This document shows positions 30,793 through 32,000 of a DNA stretch of 32,000 bases, piece by piece; the first letter of the stretch is position 1; each line of letters opens with the position of its first letter. The notes beneath the pieces were generated by a model. That model saw only the letters and a list, made by a program, of their open reading frames with translations. It was not told the origin of the DNA and ran no database searches. Where the stretch lies: the NCBI RefSeq assembly GCF_009928525.1, contig NZ_JAABOK010000011.1, forward strand, positions 228,400 to 260,399, given 5' to 3'. The position numbers were made by a program, and so were the translations under genes. Origin of the DNA: Chitinophaga solisilvae. GTDB lineage: Bacteria > Bacteroidota > Bacteroidia > Chitinophagales > Chitinophagaceae.

Positions 30793-31803
30793 TTATTTAG
30801 TTACTGCCTGTATGTATAAAATGTTGTTTTTTGTTGATGATGATAATCCGTTCACGAAGCACACTGCTGCCAGTACATCCTGCAGCGGCTTGTTGCTGAA
30901 TACGCCGTTGAAGCGGATAGGCTTGTATTTGCCTGGTTGTACCACTACTTTTATGCCGTACCAGTATTCGAGCGAAGCGGCAATATCTGCCAGGGACGCG
31001 TTGCTGAATATCAGCTGGCCTTTTCTCCAGGCCATTTCCCGGCTGGTGTCAAAGGTACTTTTGCGGAATGCCGGCTGTTCTTTACCGGTTGTCAGCTGTT
31101 CTCCGGGCTGCAGGTCTGCAGTAGCTGCCGCCTGCGCCACGCGTACCTTTCCGTTTACCAGCAGCACGGCGGCGGCGGTATCAAAGGGATAGGCGCGTAA
31201 TTTAAATGCAGTGCCCAATGCCTGTACATGCAGACTGCCACTGTTAACAATAAATGGTTTGTTTTCTACGCCTGCTACCTCGAACAACGCTTCGCCCTGC
31301 AGCTCCAGCCGGCGGTCCTGTTGGTTGTAACTGTGCGGTACTTTCAGCGTGCTGCTGGCATTCAGGATCACATGACTTCCGTCTGCCAGCATGATCTCGC
31401 GGCGTATGCTGCCGGCAGCGGTATATATCGTATATGTATCAGACTGTTGTGGTGTATGGCCCTGTCTTTTGCTCAGCAGCCAGCTACCCGCCAGTATCAG
31501 TGGCAGCATGACAGCAGCGGCTATACGTATTATTCTTTTCCGGGGAAAGGCCGACGGCGGCGTTGCTGCTCCGGCTACCGCCAGTTTCAGCTTGCCGAAC
31601 TCCGCTTCCTTTTCTTCCGGGGTAATGCGAAGCCCCAACCGGAACAACCATTCCCGCGCGATAGCCGCTTCTTCCTGCTTATGCGGATACCTTTCCAGCC
31701 AGTTCTCCCAGAACTGAATGTCTGATTCGTTACTGCGCAGGCAATAACGAACAAAGGAATCGTTGAGGATGAAGTCTTCCGCCTTGTATTGCTGTAAATC
31801 CAT
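30793..31803 (-). CDS. FecR-family anti-sigma factor / transmembrane sensor
   Basis: 336-aa ORF with an N-terminal cytoplasmic anti-sigma region, a single TM (IIRIAAAVMLPLILAGSWLL) and a periplasmic FecR-like domain. It sits between an ECF sigma and an STN-SusC. Confidence 0.88.
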   Translation of the reverse strand: MDLQQYKAEDFILNDSFVRYCLRSNESDIQFWENWLERYPHKQEEAAIAREWLFRLGLRITPEEKEAEFGKLKLAVAGAATPPSAFPRKRIIRIAAAVMLPLILAGSWLLSKRQGHTPQQSDTYTIYTAAGSIRREIMLADGSHVILNASSTLKVPHSYNQQDRRLELQGEALFEVAGVENKPFIVNSGSLHVQALGTAFKLRAYPFDTAAAVLLVNGKVRVAQAAATADLQPGEQLTTGKEQPAFRKSTFDTSREMAWRKGQLIFSNASLADIAASLEYWYGIKVVVQPGKYKPIRFNGVFSNKPLQDVLAAVCFVNGLSSSTKNNILYIQAVTK

Positions 31804-31856
31804 TCCGGGCGTTTAAGATAAAGAGGACCACCCGGTTAATTTTTTACCAAAGAATT

Positions 31857-32000
31857 TCAGGAATTTTTTTCTATGTCTATCAAAAGCAGCAGCAGCGCTA
31901 TAAATGTGGCATCTGTATATACTTCCCGGATACGTACCAGGGCGTTGTGAATGGTATTATAAATAGTACGGGGCGTAGCCGCCGTTTTCATGGCTATTTC
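31857..32000 (-). CDS. 3' end (last 47 codons) of an ECF-type sigma-70 family factor
   Basis: My own translation of the minus strand from the window edge gives EIAMKTAATPRTIYNTIHNALVRIREVYTDATFIALLLLLIDIEKNS*, with the stop at 31857-31859. The EIA...TIYNTIHNALVRIRE pattern fits a region-4 HTH. It lies 53 nt upstream of fecR. This ORF is not in the supplied track (<60 aa). Confidence 0.7.
   Translation of the reverse strand, partial: EIAMKTAATPRTIYNTIHNALVRIREVYTDATFIALLLLLIDIEKNS

Overview
This window looks like Bacteroidota chromosome (SusC/SusD pair, ECF-sigma/FecR control, TAnnTTTG-type -7 boxes, no Shine-Dalgarno reliance). The taxon call is inference. 20 of 21 called genes lie on the minus strand.

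Layout from left to right:
(1) 1-7701: an exopolysaccharide/capsule export and precursor operon. Transcribed order is CapD/WbpM-like dehydratase, Wza-like exporter, Wzc-like tyrosine autokinase, TviB/WbpO-like UDP-sugar dehydrogenase, WbpP/TviC-like epimerase, then the start of a probable flippase.
(2) 7702-8371: a 670-bp gene-free region with nested helices and an array of AACTnnAGTT boxes.
(3) 8372-11110: lutABC (lactate utilisation).
(4) 11331-15788: an orphan lipoprotein gene bracketed by two long hairpin repeats, a luciferase-like flavin oxidoreductase, a PIF1/RecD-like helicase with a C-terminal HTH, and a cold-shock protein with a clean intrinsic terminator.
(5) 16216-17511: an MFS metabolite/H+ symporter, the only plus-strand gene.
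(6) 17475-32000: a co-oriented, tightly packed block of ECF sigma (partial), FecR anti-sigma, STN-domain SusC, SusD, GH2 beta-galactosidase, GH63 alpha-glucosidase, a kinase::class-III-aminotransferase fusion resembling hydroxylysine kinase plus phosphohydroxylysine phospho-lyase, and rpiA.

Two hypotheses stand out:
(a) Block 6 may be a utilisation locus for collagen-type Glc-alpha1,2-Gal-beta-O-hydroxylysine. Its three enzyme classes map one-to-one onto the three catabolic steps.
(b) A family of 120-260 bp near-perfect hairpin elements has arms built of 7-8-nt tandem units. They abut stop codons and fill whole intergenic spacers.

I found no rRNA, tRNA, CRISPR array, transposase or integrase. 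All family assignments come from motif recognition by eye, not database searches.
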